From Amphiscolops sp. MND2022 (Eukaryota), in NCBI GenBank assembly GCA_964187785.1, contig OZ076413.1:46688001-46752000 (forward strand): a DNA stretch of 64,000 bases. Reading direction: 5' to 3'. The notes below the pieces were generated by a model that was given only the letters and a program-made list of their open reading frames with translations, was not told the DNA's origin and ran no database searches. Position 1 is the stretch's first letter, and every line of letters begins with the position of its first letter. Below are positions 44,596-56,868 of this stretch, piece by piece. The translations under genes were made by a program, and so were the position numbers.

Positions 44596-46953
44596 CTAAT
44601 TACAGGGGTTATTTGGTCCTAAGTTATATATTTGGTCCGAATCTGGCCAAGCATTGCATCTTTCTCGATTGCTGCTTTTCCACTTCGTCCTCTTCCTCTG
44701 GCTGCACCAGCGTCGGGTCCCATTCGGTCTTAGTTGCATTGGCAGCGGGGACATCACAGTTTGGCCGGGTTTCCATCTGCCATGCTTTCTATGAGTCGGC
44801 CAGCACAGCCCACGCAATCCCATCTGCTGTCGCGCGTGTTTCCATCTGCCATGCTTTCGGTGGGTCGGCCAGCACAGTCGTTGCAATCCCGTTTGCTGGT
44901 CTTCTGTTTTGCGCCTACTATGCTTCCTGTGGGGCACCCAGAATTGCTTCCTGCGGGTAAGAGCTGGGCGTTGGGGGATAACTTCATCTGGGATCTGGCA
45001 GTAGTGTTGCTCATGACTGCAATCCACTTCGGTACTCTGGAAGGAGCACTTCCCTTCTGCTTCGATGTCCGTCCCTGACCTCCCAGTTGCCTGGGTGACA
45101 TCACAAATACATTCAGCTGACACTTTGTACACGCCAGTGCAGGGTACAGGGACTTCTTCCACGTCGAGAAATTCAGAATGTTCACCTCCACCTTGGTCTG
45201 CGTTTTCAAGTTCCTGTTCTTCCAATAGAGCGTCGATGATTGTTTCATCTTCGTCGGACAGTCTATGTGATTCATCAAGCTCTTCGATTTCTCTCAACAT
45301 CTCCTCGATCATTCCATCATCTGGGTCACCATCGAATCTATCGTCTTGAACCGTTAGCCCTTTCACAGAAAGGACTCCTAACACTGGCTTCCGAACACTT
45401 TGAGCACTTTGGCTGAAACTCCGCCCCACTTCGACTTCAACTTCACTTGGTTGAATCATGATTGAGGGGCACCTCTCTGGAGTCATCTTTGCTCCGTATG
45501 CTCCCACTCTGTCGACGGCCATTGCTTTCAATTCTCTAGACACTGCTTCTTTCCAATAGTGAACTGCGGCGCTTCCAGTCTTGATTTCGTTCGATTCAAT
45601 GACCAGGGACTTTTGATCGGTCAGCTGGATTCGACGCTCAAAACAAACAGATGCAACCCTGATTTTTCCTGAGCCTACTTCACATGCTGGTCTCAAGCTT
45701 TCAGTACCCCCATTGATCCATCCATCAAATACTGGACCTGATATCCCGCCGCATCTTGATTCAAGCAGTGTAGGATTATCTGACTTTTTACCAGCGAGAC
45801 TCGTTTTCTTCCCGTCTTCGATCTGTCTAAGAGCTTCTTCTAAGGTCAGTGGTTGGTACGGACAATAACTGTCATCGTCACTATCCAGCTTGCTCCAGAT
45901 CTCGTCCTTCTCATCATCTGACCACTCTGCGTCACTGCCTTCACTCCACGTCTGGCTACATGGATAATGCCGGGCCACAGTGCCCCCATTAGGACTCACA
46001 AACTCATCCCAGACGTTTTCACAGTCAACGCGTCCGTCATAAAAATTTTTCTTTTCTCTTTCCGGTGACAAACAACTGCTTGCTCCACTTCTGGGGTGGG
46101 TTTCGACTCGCTTTTCTCCAGTCTCTTGTTGATCAGTATCGGACAAACCATTTGCTTCGGGAAACTCTGTTATCTTCCAGTCGACGCCCGTACTCTGTTC
46201 TTTCACGGAAAGCCCTGAGTTGCCAACCCAGAACAAATCTTCCACGTCTTCATTGCTCCTCACGGTCTCTTTTGTCAAAATTGTAGGCCTGAAAACTTTC
46301 TCGCCAGTGCGGTCACTAATGGCGCCTTCTGAGTCTGTAGAGGTACTCGACCACGCTTTGTCATAATCCGCTGCCCTGGCACCACAAAATCGCACTCGAT
46401 GCATTTTACTCCACAATCGGTTCAGCTCCTGTTCCAAGGCCTCTTGACGTTCTAACTCTCGAACAATCACGTTAATTTGAGCAGGATACTTCACACTGTC
46501 TCGGAGATACTCGTCCGTCAACCCTGAGAGACAATTGGAGGCCCAGTGCTCAGCACTGAATTGTTTCAAAGCAAGCGTTTTGAATACACCGACCCGTCTT
46601 GCATAATTGTGGAGGCTCTCTTGCTTGCCCTGTCGGAGCTCAAAAAGAAAACTTTCCTCAATGGTTTTAATCTGGTCATTTCCAAACACTTCCACGAGTC
46701 GACTAAGAACGTCCGACACACTAGGTTCTCCCAACTCTACCTCAACCGACAGCTTCGCTTCCAAAAGGGCATTGAACATACAGCCAACCAGAGATTCCGC
46801 TATCTTCTGGCAACACTTCGGGTAGTTCCACTTCAACTGTTCGGCCGTGCTCAAGAACTTCAGCAGCCACAACCTCCAACACGGCGCATTGCTGCTTGGG
46901 AACTGTTCCACAACAGCTGGTACTCTTCCCGGATTTCTTTCTTGCGCTTTCAT
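44596..46953 (-). CDS. Open 785-aa ORF with a retrotransposon Gag capsid-like N-terminus, acidic middle and Trp/Arg/His-rich C-terminal repeats
   Basis: WRLWLLKF..AEQLKW..LVEVFG..LFELRQGKQESLHNYARRV..CLSGL resembles the Gypsy Gag capsid. It starts about 140 nt downstream of a PBS. No pol motifs. Confidence 0.75.
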   Translation of the reverse strand: MKAQERNPGRVPAVVEQFPSSNAPCWRLWLLKFLSTAEQLKWNYPKCCQKIAESLVGCMFNALLEAKLSVEVELGEPSVSDVLSRLVEVFGNDQIKTIEESFLFELRQGKQESLHNYARRVGVFKTLALKQFSAEHWASNCLSGLTDEYLRDSVKYPAQINVIVRELERQEALEQELNRLWSKMHRVRFCGARAADYDKAWSSTSTDSEGAISDRTGEKVFRPTILTKETVRSNEDVEDLFWVGNSGLSVKEQSTGVDWKITEFPEANGLSDTDQQETGEKRVETHPRSGASSCLSPEREKKNFYDGRVDCENVWDEFVSPNGGTVARHYPCSQTWSEGSDAEWSDDEKDEIWSKLDSDDDSYCPYQPLTLEEALRQIEDGKKTSLAGKKSDNPTLLESRCGGISGPVFDGWINGGTESLRPACEVGSGKIRVASVCFERRIQLTDQKSLVIESNEIKTGSAAVHYWKEAVSRELKAMAVDRVGAYGAKMTPERCPSIMIQPSEVEVEVGRSFSQSAQSVRKPVLGVLSVKGLTVQDDRFDGDPDDGMIEEMLREIEELDESHRLSDEDETIIDALLEEQELENADQGGGEHSEFLDVEEVPVPCTGVYKVSAECICDVTQATGRSGTDIEAEGKCSFQSTEVDCSHEQHYCQIPDEVIPQRPALTRRKQFWVPHRKHSRRKTEDQQTGLQRLCWPTHRKHGRWKHARQQMGLRGLCWPTHRKHGRWKPGQTVMSPLPMQLRPNGTRRWCSQRKRTKWKSSNRERCNAWPDSDQIYNLGPNNPCN

Positions 46954-47096
46954 CTCACAAGTCTTTCAAAGTTTCCCATGCCAGGAGGCTATGGAAACCC
47001 AATATAGTGTGTTTCCATAAGACAATCTCCAGTAACAATGTCCTGATAAACTCCAAGTAACAAGAAGTTGTAACACGATAGCAAATTAACGAAAGT

Positions 47097-47115
47097 AGCC
47101 CACCCAGGAGCGCCA
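47097..47115 (-). other. Primer-binding site, tRNA-Asn-like
   Basis: Minus strand TGGCGCTCCTGGGTGGGCT is complementary to AGCCCACCCAGGAGCG-CCA, which resembles the metazoan tRNA-Asn(GUU) 3' end. It is 1 nt from a ..CTTACA LTR-like edge. Confidence 0.75.
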
Positions 47116-47116
47116 C

Positions 47117-47700
47117 TGTAAGAAATTTTTAGCCAGAGGGTCGGAGAGAAACCCCAAAGGCTCAACTCTTAACAGAAAGGTTTATAGTTTGATGAGTAAG
47201 TTTCGCTTTTTCTATCGTGTACAATTCTCTTCATAAGGTCTCTCCGTGCTCAAGTTCGGCTCTCATCGATTGATAAAGAAAAGGGGAAACGCTCAATAAT
47301 CCAATTTCTTTAATATCAGTAACAAAACCGTCTCTTCAAGAATTATCAAATCAATATAACAAAACAAGCTAAGACTGAGATCCACGATTCAGTCAACTAT
47401 GCAGGCACAAGTCCCGGACTTGTAGAATCTCTGTCGTTAGAACAACTACTGACGAACGAGTTCTCTAGCTTAGCCAAGTCTCTTGCCTTCGTCTTAAGGC
47501 TCAACTTGCTGATAGCTCTCTAACTCTGTTGTCGAGAAGCGCGAGTGTTAATCCGAAGAAGTATCTTGTCTCCGCGAGACTCAACTTGCTCCCAGCCTTC
47601 TAACTCGGTTCTGCCTATTCAGTTTATTTCAAATCCGCCTCAAATATATTTGTTCATCGCACGTGTTTCTGATCATCTCATCTTGACTTTCTATCATACT
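47117..47700 (-). repeat. Probable 5' LTR of the truncated Gag-bearing element (distal boundary undetermined)
   Basis: TGTAAG edge adjacent to the PBS; non-coding; no partner LTR in the window. Confidence 0.55.
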
Positions 47701-49017
47701 TGACATTTTCGTTACATACAGGGCGTCGGCATCTTGAATTTGCATGTATTTGCCTTCATGTTTACTATTCCTTCTATGGCACGGTGATCGCTTCTAATTA
47801 TACTTCGGCTAAACATTCTTTACCGTCAACGTCAAGTAATTCACATCTTGTCCGAAGTCCACATTTCAATAATAATTCAAGTCACCCGAGATACTTTTAA
47901 CGTCGAGGCAATCGATCAATGACCTTCAATTTCATGGTTTACATGTTCTCTACGTGTAAGGGGTACTTTTCTATCATCCTAGGTGCAATACATCGCGAAT
48001 CGTTCCGCCTGACTGAATTGCATAAATTATCACTTAAACGGCGCTGATTTACATGTTTTATTGTACGTTTTCCTATCTCCTCAGGGGTTACATCTAAAAT
48101 GACCTACAGATCCGTCAATGACCTTGAAGTTATTTGTCCTCATCTAATGTCACTACATGTCAAGTTATATCGTCCTAGGGTCAATGGTTTTCGAGTTACA
48201 TGATATGCGTATCGTTTGTTTACTTAAGGCGGTTACCCCCGCGTGGGTTATAAATACTGTTCCATTCACGTTAGTAATCGACTACATTCGTTATTCCGAT
48301 TCGTTTGATATATTACAAGCTAAGGTCAAATGTCTTTTATCGGTCGGGCCCGTGCGTCCGGTCCCGCATGCCTTAAACAAACATTACTCCGCGCGTGGTG
48401 GACTGATTAATGTATCTTTCATGTATGTTACTTAAGGTTGCTAGGTGAACATCTTTGCTAAGTTTCATGATCTTCCGGTCATCCGGTGGCTATTTACATG
48501 ACGTTAGGTGTTTATTTACTTAGGGTCCGTGCTCCTCCTACACGCGTCGTATGGTTCCGAAAATATGCGCAAACAGCCTAATATCCTAGGGGCTATCAAT
48601 TCCATATGTTATATGACTTATTCCGTGCTTCGCCGACGAGTTCGAAGGGGGGTCGACCTAGGTCACTTCCGGTGCTAATAACCGGGGACTGGGGGGTCGC
48701 GGCTCGGTTTCGTTTTCATAGACGAGTAGCATAACACCTCAGGTATACGTGTGCCAATTTTCAGCGAGATCGATTCAGTAGTTCGCCGGGACGGGGGGTG
48801 GCCCTTTTTGGTGACGCTTCTCCTTTTTGCATAAAATAAAAACTTAGTAAATTTCGTTCGACTCGGTCGATTCTAACTTAGCTGATTCGAACAATTTCGT
48901 TGTTGACGTCAATTCTATCTTACTCAAACAATCAAATTTACTCTTTCAATATTTCGTTTGCCATCCGCAGTTTTATTCTCGCTCGCTATTACATTGCAAT
49001 ATAGTAATAAATCAATT

Positions 49018-49137
49018 ATGGATCTTAAAAGTTACAACGAACGGGTGGATTATCTTCGATCCGGTGCCTTGCCTTCCCGTTGACTGCCCGCCAACGGTGC
49101 CGTTTTAAGCGAGCCATGAAAAGGTACTCTCTAGATC
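49018..49137 (+). pseudogene. Short frameshifted fragment resembling the helical segment before the HHCC domain of Gypsy/Ginger-type integrases
   Basis: MDLKSYNERVDYLRSGALPSR/LTARQRCRFKRAMKRYSLD, ending just before the MULE right end. Confidence 0.3.
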
Positions 49138-51198
49138 ACTGTCTTCGCGCAAAAATAATAGGATTTTTCTAAAACGCCAAAGAATCAAAAATTCCACATT
49201 TGGTCCGAATTTGTCTTCTGCTCCGAATCTGTCTTCTGGTCCGAACCTGTCTTTGGTCCGAATTGTCGTAGAGCCGATTTAACTATACTTCTGGCGTTTT
49301 TTATTCCATACATGGGTCATTTGATTCCATGCAAAAAATGCATGGCCATGTGCATCGGTTGTCAACAATGGGAGCTATTTATTTCAGGTCCAAATGAACC
49401 AAAATGAATTCGTTGAACACCGAAATCACCAGAAAACGTGTTATTCAATATTTCATAACTCTGATTATTAATTCAACAACGAATAAAACGTGTACTTTTT
49501 GGGCATAAGGTGAATTTTAATGGATGTTTCTTCTAATTTCGCATCCTAACAGAAATTTCAAAAAGCAAGTAATGCATAAATATGACCGAAATTACCAAAT
49601 AGTCTGCTTTTCTGGCACCGGAATCCATACAATCGCATTCTGGGTGAACTAAATAACTCAACTGGTTCTACTATAAAAATTTTGTGAAAACTTTCAAAAT
49701 AAACCATTTCTATTGGTATTATGTTGTCCGTTGGGAGAAGCGACGAATGGTGAAAAGAAGAAAAGCGACCATATGCCACAGAAAGTGTATTTATTCTACT
49801 GTCCTTGGGAAACACAGAACACAAAGGAAGACAGGAACACGATTCAGCGAAAACAAATCAATAAACAAAAACAAATAATTTTCATTGAAATTGCAACTTC
49901 GGTTTTATAAACTGTAACAGTTGAGCATGAAAGGTACCTTCTGAATATACCCACCCTTCATGCTGTTTCTCAATGCTATTCTAAAACAACACTCTAGAAT
50001 CGTCATGAATACTGGAAGTCGCTGAATTGGAAAAAAAGCGGGCGAGTCGATACCAGATACTGCAAAAATATCAAATGTGTATACTAAATTGAATGAGGCA
50101 AGGAAGAATGAAAAGAAAACCTGTCTGGCTTTTGTTTCAACAATTTAGTTGATGAAGTACGGGATAGCGATTTCTAAGTTTTGTAAAACACCAAACGACG
50201 TTTTTGGGTTAGAAATATATTCTAGTGTTTTTAGTCTAGTTTTTGAAATATCCTACAGCCAAAATTTGTCCCTACTTGTACCGGTACATGCACAGAAAAC
50301 TGTGTAGAAGAAGTACTCATGATACTTCGAGCATTTCATAGTTTTACCGTCTCCTCGGAACTTTATGGGACCGAAAGGTCTTACCTTAGGGGTTTTTGGC
50401 GCTGTGAGACTTTTTCAAGAAAAAAGACTTTTCAACCATTTTAGTTTTTTGTAATTTTTCAGTCAGAGAGAAGCGTTTCCCGAGGACAAAAGGTGCCCTT
50501 TGAGTTTTTTTAGTTTTTCCGGCACTCTTTTATTCGTGAGATTTTTCTTAGAAATGCTCTGCTTGGATCCAACGCCACATGCGATTGTATTGAACCATAT
50601 TCTTTTAGACAATAAATTCATGTCATTTCAATGCATGAAATCTTTAGTAACCGTATGGTTCCATTAAGTTCATTGAATTTCATGGAATCATGGCATAATT
50701 TATAGAATTTTTTCTTGGTGTAAAAGCAAAATCTATGAGCAATTCAATCGGATGATCCGACTAACGAAATGACTTGCATCTGATAAGACGCCGATGTTTA
50801 CACAAAACAAACTTTGATTATTCAGATAGTTTTCTAGTTACCGAGAAAATGCCAATTGGTAAATATCTTGTTTAAGTAACCTCAGTTTTGTCAATTTAAT
50901 AGATACTACTGACAAAATACGGACTTTGACTTCCGCAACTGCGAAGAACCGGGAAAAGGCAGACTATAATAAACAAAACCAAGGTGCCTAAATGCTTAAT
51001 CTTTGTATAAGTGAGCTGACATTTGAAACACAGCTTCGATGTTCTTTTAAAAATGAATATCCCACTCAACGATGAAGACTTTGAAATCGAGCCGTACGAC
51101 CCTAAATTATTCCTACTTGTAACATTAGTAACTTAGTCCAATAAAAACGCAAAAAACGTCATTTTTGACCGTTGGTATAGCGTTTGATTACGTTTCCA

Positions 51199-51919
51199 CC
51201 CTGGTTAAAAATGAATACAATTCTTGCAAGGTTCTTGCAAGATCTTGACAAAAAATACAAACCTTGAAAAAATTTGGCAGAAAATACATTTCTTGCAAGA
51301 ACCTGACAGAAAAAGTATTTCTTGTCCATTTTGCTTCCAGAGAGAGACAAACACAGGCGCAATCACAGGTGAAAGTTTCCTTTCTTAGATAAATGGCGTT
51401 TTAGGAGCAAAAGAAACCAGAAGTTTCAGTTACTAAGTTTTAACACAGTCTACGTTTCCAGAGAAGAAGCACGGCTCTTGCAGTGACTAGTTTTTTCTCC
51501 AGTTCTTTTTTGATCGGTGCACTAAAAAACGAAAGAAAAATGATGAAACTGACAAAACTCGGAGTTAAGTGAAAACTTCAAGTCATCGGCACCAACATTT
51601 CGAAGAAGTACCCACGAACCATTCAAAAAAAATGCCATACGGTTGTCTTTCTGTCAAACTAGAACTTCAAAGGTAAGAGGCTGAAGCATGCTACGAGGAC
51701 TTTTTGGATCATGCTGAACACAACAATCCAGAAATTGCATATCTTGCAAGAATCTTGCAAGAGAAATGTTTGTCTTGCAAGAATCTTGCAAGCTCAAGTT
51801 TCATCTTGCAAGAATTTTGCAAGATGAGGTATATCTTGTAAGAATCTTGCAAGAAGCCTGCCAGAAAAATGCATTGTCTTGCAAGATTCTTGCAAGACTT
51901 GTATTTTTTTCAACTAGGG
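51199..51919. mobile_element. CCC-ended MITE with CTTGCAAG subterminal arrays
   Basis: CCCTGGTTAAAAA...TTTTTCAACTAGGG with many TCTTGCAAGA palindromic repeats near both ends. Confidence 0.75.
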
Positions 51920-53249
51920 CTGAACTGTTATCTAACGATTGCACTAATTTTATATAATTCTATACGAAACATCAAATTATTCCATACGTTTCCGTGCATA
52001 GAACCATATGATTCCATGCATGGAAACACATGAAAATCATGAATGTCAAAGTTCCGTGTATGAAATTGCATGGAAGCCTCATGAATTGAGATCCGGTTGA
52101 ACATAATTTGAAAACTTTCCACTTTTTGTGCCTTAAGCGAGTGTCGATTTTAGACGTTCCCGTTTTGTATCATACTTTTCCAAATCATGTGAAGTCTGAC
52201 ATATACCAGAGCTTGAAAGTGTTTGGCGAAACTGTTGTACCACTGGTTCAAAATTTTTCATTCAATAAAAGTTGCTGGCCCTAATTGGAAATATGGTCAT
52301 TGATCAAAACCACAAAAGTAACTGATAAATCTTGAGCTATGAAAGTTGAACTTTGAATATTTTTAAAGGAGTCCAACGTTTTCTGAAAGACCTTATGTTT
52401 CGCATCCATTAAATTGAAATAAAGAGTCAATAAAAAGTTTTACTTATATAGCTCATGTCGGGCATATTTGCGGTTATTTTTTCATGACAATTAAGCATAC
52501 TAGTTGGGACTCAAGTAATTTTTGATTGTTTGTGAGCAAAAGATCGTTAAACAGATCGTTGAACATGATTTCACGGATATCGCTAAGTGAAAAAAGTGCC
52601 CGTGAAAAAAAAACCTTTTTTTTCAGCGGATGTGTCCAAGTCCATATTTCGATTCAAAATGAATTATGAAAGAACAAAAAGTGAATTAGGTCAGATGAAA
52701 GTCCATTTAATTGACTTGTTTAAAGAACCAGCTTCTGCTTTTAAAGAAAGAGAACACCACTCAAAGGATTTCCTGTGTCATTTTTGTTATCACTTCCTGG
52801 GCCTAATTCGAAATTCAGCGCTTCATTTTAACACTTCAAAACATCCTGAAATTTGGCTGAAAATCCCGTATTTGGTTCAAAAAAAATAATTGTCAAAAAC
52901 AACGGTTTCAGGGGATACTTTATCAAGTTATCACGGTTCTTAAATCTCTTTGCAGTTTTTGTCCAAAAAAGTATTCACAGAAAGGATTTATAAGTTTAAT
53001 GAGCTTTACTTCGAACTCCAAGCTTGAATTTTAACAAACTTTAAGCTTGATAGGTCAAAGGCTGAATGGCTAATGGTCGTTTCGAAATGTGAGCAACTTC
53101 CAGCGAAATTTTTGTCTGATCACGTAGTAAGGTTCTAAGAACTTTTCCGGTCTAGTTAGTGAAAATACAAATAAAAGCATTGACGATTTATTTTTACGAA
53201 GAGTTACCCTTCAAAGAAAAGCTTTCCCATGTTGAGCTTTCCTTGACAA

Positions 53250-54011
53250 TCTGTACAGATCTGTGAGCCTTTTTTCCTTGAGGATCTGTAAAGATCGTGC
53301 CACTGCTACGTAAGGACAACTGCAGATCTGCAAGGATCTTTACAGATGTGCAAGGATTTTCTGTACAGATTTTTCAGGAAATTTTTTTTCATTGCATGTA
53401 TTGCATTTTTGGTCTTCTTCAACAAGTATTTTAGCTGACCAATTCTCAGTCAGTGGAAACTCTCCATGTCCCAAAATTCTTGAGAAGGAAAGTTTGTCCC
53501 CATCACAGTAATTTTGGTGTGTGGGGAATGTTTGTTATTGGTTTTGCACGGTAATTTATCTATTTCACTCGAACTTTCCAGAAGTGGATGTTCAACTTTG
53601 AGAGGCTCGTCTGCAATATTGACTTCGTTTTGGCGGATGTAATTAGACATGTGGCTACCGTCTGGGTTGGTAGAGGTTTTAATAAAGTGATGTGGTTGTA
53701 ATATTTCGGGAACATGGATTACTGGAGTAGTTTTAGTAATTGCTGGAAACTTGGAATACGTTATAGTAATTTATTGGTCTTTTTCGTATGGTTAATTTTT
53801 GACAAATCCTGGAATATCTGTCAGGATCTGTACAGATCTGTACAGATTCGCACAGAAACTTTTTTTCAAAACTTCAACTAGGAGGCGTGTTTATCTTGTA
53901 GAGCACTTTTTATTCAATTAATTTCAATTATAAAACTGTTTTTTCACTAGTTATTTTTCGACAAATCCTAGAATATCTGTCAGGATCTGTACAGATCTGT
54001 ACAGATTCGCA
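53250..54011. repeat. MITE-like remnant with CTGTACAGAT repeats and a duplicated 52-bp block
   Basis: GACAAATCCT.GAATATCTGTCAGGATCTGTACAGATCTGTACAGATTCGCA at 53801 and 53960; end-like TTCAACTAGG at about 53873-53882. Confidence 0.55.
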
Positions 54012-54370
54012 GGGAGTGCTCAACATGGGTTATGATCAACCTTTCTGTGTTGCTGAGTCTCAAACAAAAAACTTTTCAGGAAACATGGACAAAACTGGGA
54101 AAAGGGAAAATAACCCACGTTTTTCATGTGAAAACAATTTTCGTTCAAGAAGCCACAATAAACACAAGGTCGCCTTTTATAGATTTTGAGAAAAAATCGA
54201 ACTCGCCGAAATTGTTGAGGGGTGTTTTTGCAATCGAATGTCTAACATTGTTCAACGGGAACAACCACAATTGGTTTTGAAACGTTTGCATGGAAAAAAG
54301 GATAGAAAATCTAAAAAACGTATCTATGCAAAAGTCCAAAAAGTTTGCTCCTGGTATGATTAGTTATCTA

Positions 54371-55000
54371 CGTACGGCGACAACTCATATCAAGCGACAA
54401 CTCATATCAGGCGACAACTCACATCAATTTGAAAAAGCGACAACTCATATCAAGCGATAACTCATATCAATCAAAACTCATATCAGATAACTAAATTTTA
54501 CACACTAAAATTCATTCCAAAAAATTCATTAGATCATTAGGGGAAATTAGTTAATTGATAAGTAATTTTTAGAAATTATAAAATAGCAACAAGAATCTAC
54601 AGTAAGTATCAGTGTAATGGATAGTCACTTCCTTATCACACCTTTGAGTAGAGCGCGTGAAATGCGAAATAATTCCAAATAAACTTTGGAATTACTAATT
54701 GCAGCAAGTTATAAATTGCACTTGAGGTTGAATTTAAATATTTCTAACATATTGGCAAATCTGATATGAGTTGTCGCTTTCTTCAAATTGATATGAGTTG
54801 TCGCCTGATATGAGTTGTCGCTTGATATGAGTTGTCGCTATGCCATAGTACATATGAGTTGTCGCCTGATATGAGTTGTCGCCTGATATGAGTTGTCGCT
54901 TGATATGAGTTGTGGCTATGCCATAGTACATATGAGTTGTCGCCTGATATGAGTTGTCGCCTGATATGAGTTGTCGCTTGATATGAGTTGTCGCTATGCC
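54371..55000. mobile_element. MULE-type MITE/foldback with 17-bp GCGACAACTCATATCA arrays
   Basis: Inverted arrays at 54376-54485 and 54761-55000. Right end ..GTTGTCGCTATGCC is present three times. Same end architecture as 42949-49275. Confidence 0.75.
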
Positions 55001-56868
55001 TAGTACATGTTCATAGTTAAAATTATGAATCCAGAAAAGACTAAATAAAAATTTACACCCTGACTTTGATTCTTTAAGTTGATTTCGTTGAGGGACTTCG
55101 AAAGCTTTAAAGCGAGCCTTATCTGAAATAAAAGTTTTTTTTCAAAAGAACTGAAGTGTAAATTCTAACATTTTAGTCTTCAAACGTGAGGTTTCATTGA
55201 AAAATTTATGCACAAGCGAAGTCGGACAAGAAAGCATTTCAATCTGAAGAATACAAAAATTGCCGATTTCTAACACTTCTGAACCAAGCCTCGAGAACTT
55301 CAAAGAAAAATTGTCCTTACTACTCTCCACGTTTCCTCCTTGAAATGTTGCTTTTTCTTAATTTTTAAACACTTTTTGTGTGGTTTCCTATTGAAATTCC
55401 TCAAAAATTTCTGAACAACCTTTTGGAGGCACTGTATTGATTTTGGCTCTGCTATTGACGTGCCAAAAAAGCGACGCTTCAAAAATTCATGACTTCGAAA
55501 GGTCTAATCAATATTTTATTGAATCAACCGCAGCTGTCAAACACGAACTCAAAACTCAAACTAACGAGGTGCGCGGCGTGAATTTTGATCAGACCAATGT
55601 GTGAACAAAATCAAAAGTTGGTTGGTTGATAAACGTCACTCAAACTTATTTGGGCACCCTGAAGACATTGAATCGCTCCAATTTAAATATTTGCCGACCG
55701 TTCCAAAAACGGCAACAAACATCTACTGGCAAGTTTCGATAATCTCACGGCTTCGGAAATTAGTCTTATTGAATTTTGAAAGGCTTCCTACCGCGAATTA
55801 TATACTGAAATATTGGAATTCGTTTTTGTTTTGTTTGTTTATTTTATCAAAATTTGACAAATAGCTTGCACTCTTGAGTTTTAATTTTGAAAACCTGTGA
55901 ATTCAAAAATGCTACACTTAGAGCAAAGTCTTGGCAAATTTGATGCAATTTTTGTTGGATATTATATAACACTGTTTACAAAGATGTATCTTTTGCATGA
56001 AAGACCCGTTCTGAAACCCCATGGAATTTCAAGGGGCTGGTTCGTCTGCGACGGAACCAAAGTTTGAAAAAATTGCAAAACGTCCCAAATTCACGATGGC
56101 TACTCTGAAAAAACCTCTCATGACCATCCGTGGACCACCTTTGGCCGTGAATGGAAAGTCAAGGATGTTTTGAAGGCAATAAAACCTATAATTTCACTAA
56201 ATCGAAGATTAAAAGAATTACAACTATTGCAGAAAAAAATTAAAAATTTCCAGAAAAAAGTCAATGACTCATTTAAACCTACTGTTGAACATAGTCCGAA
56301 GTTTTTGATTCTGACACCAGTTTTTGTCTGGATCCGCGATTTCAAATGCCGGTGACTGCTCTCAGTCCAGCAGCTAAATCCAAACCGACATAAACTACAG
56401 AAGCAAACCAACAAAACAGGAAAATAAAGTTGAAACGGTTTCAAAATCTATCCAAAACCATCCATTCAAGGATTCTATTTCATCTTTGAGATCTCGCTGC
56501 ACACATTAAACATCGCCATCTTCTCATTTCCTTTTGTTATGACACATGCAGGGGAATATATGAACTAAACAGCAAAAATATGTCTCTAATTTCAACAGTT
56601 CTTCGATTTCGACAGCCAAATAGTGAAACCCGGTTTCCAGTGTTTCAATCATCTCGAATTAATTTTTTGTCGCAAAATGTTCTGAAATTGTATCTCATGC
56701 TAAAGGCGGACCACCCATGGCTGTCAATGGAACCCAAAATGACACTCCTTATTTTCGTTGCAACCGTGGTCTTGCTTTGATTGATCGTCCCTGGCCATCG
56801 ATAGAAAATGAATATCAATTGTTTTTTGATTACATTTGTTGTCAAAGCAGATGTATCGTTTATAGATA

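Larger units (their letters stand above)
42949..49275 (+). mobile_element. Mutator-like (MULE) element, 6.3 kb, with about 4.5 kb of retroelement-derived internal sequence
   Basis: Perfect 9-bp TSD GATTTAACT (42940-42948 and 49276-49284). Inverted ends GGTGAAGCGACAACTCGGACCAAAGACAG and GGCTCTACGACAATTCGGACCAAAGACAG, with 17-bp subterminal repeats. Confidence 0.88.

Noticed and set aside
53450..53770. Open stretch of about 105 codons on the minus strand
   Set aside because: No recognisable domain, and it is embedded in MITE-like repeats; could be chance.
54376..55000. CRISPR-like array
   Set aside because: The 17-bp repeats are directly adjacent with no unique spacers and are inverted at the two ends. 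The context is eukaryotic with no cas genes.
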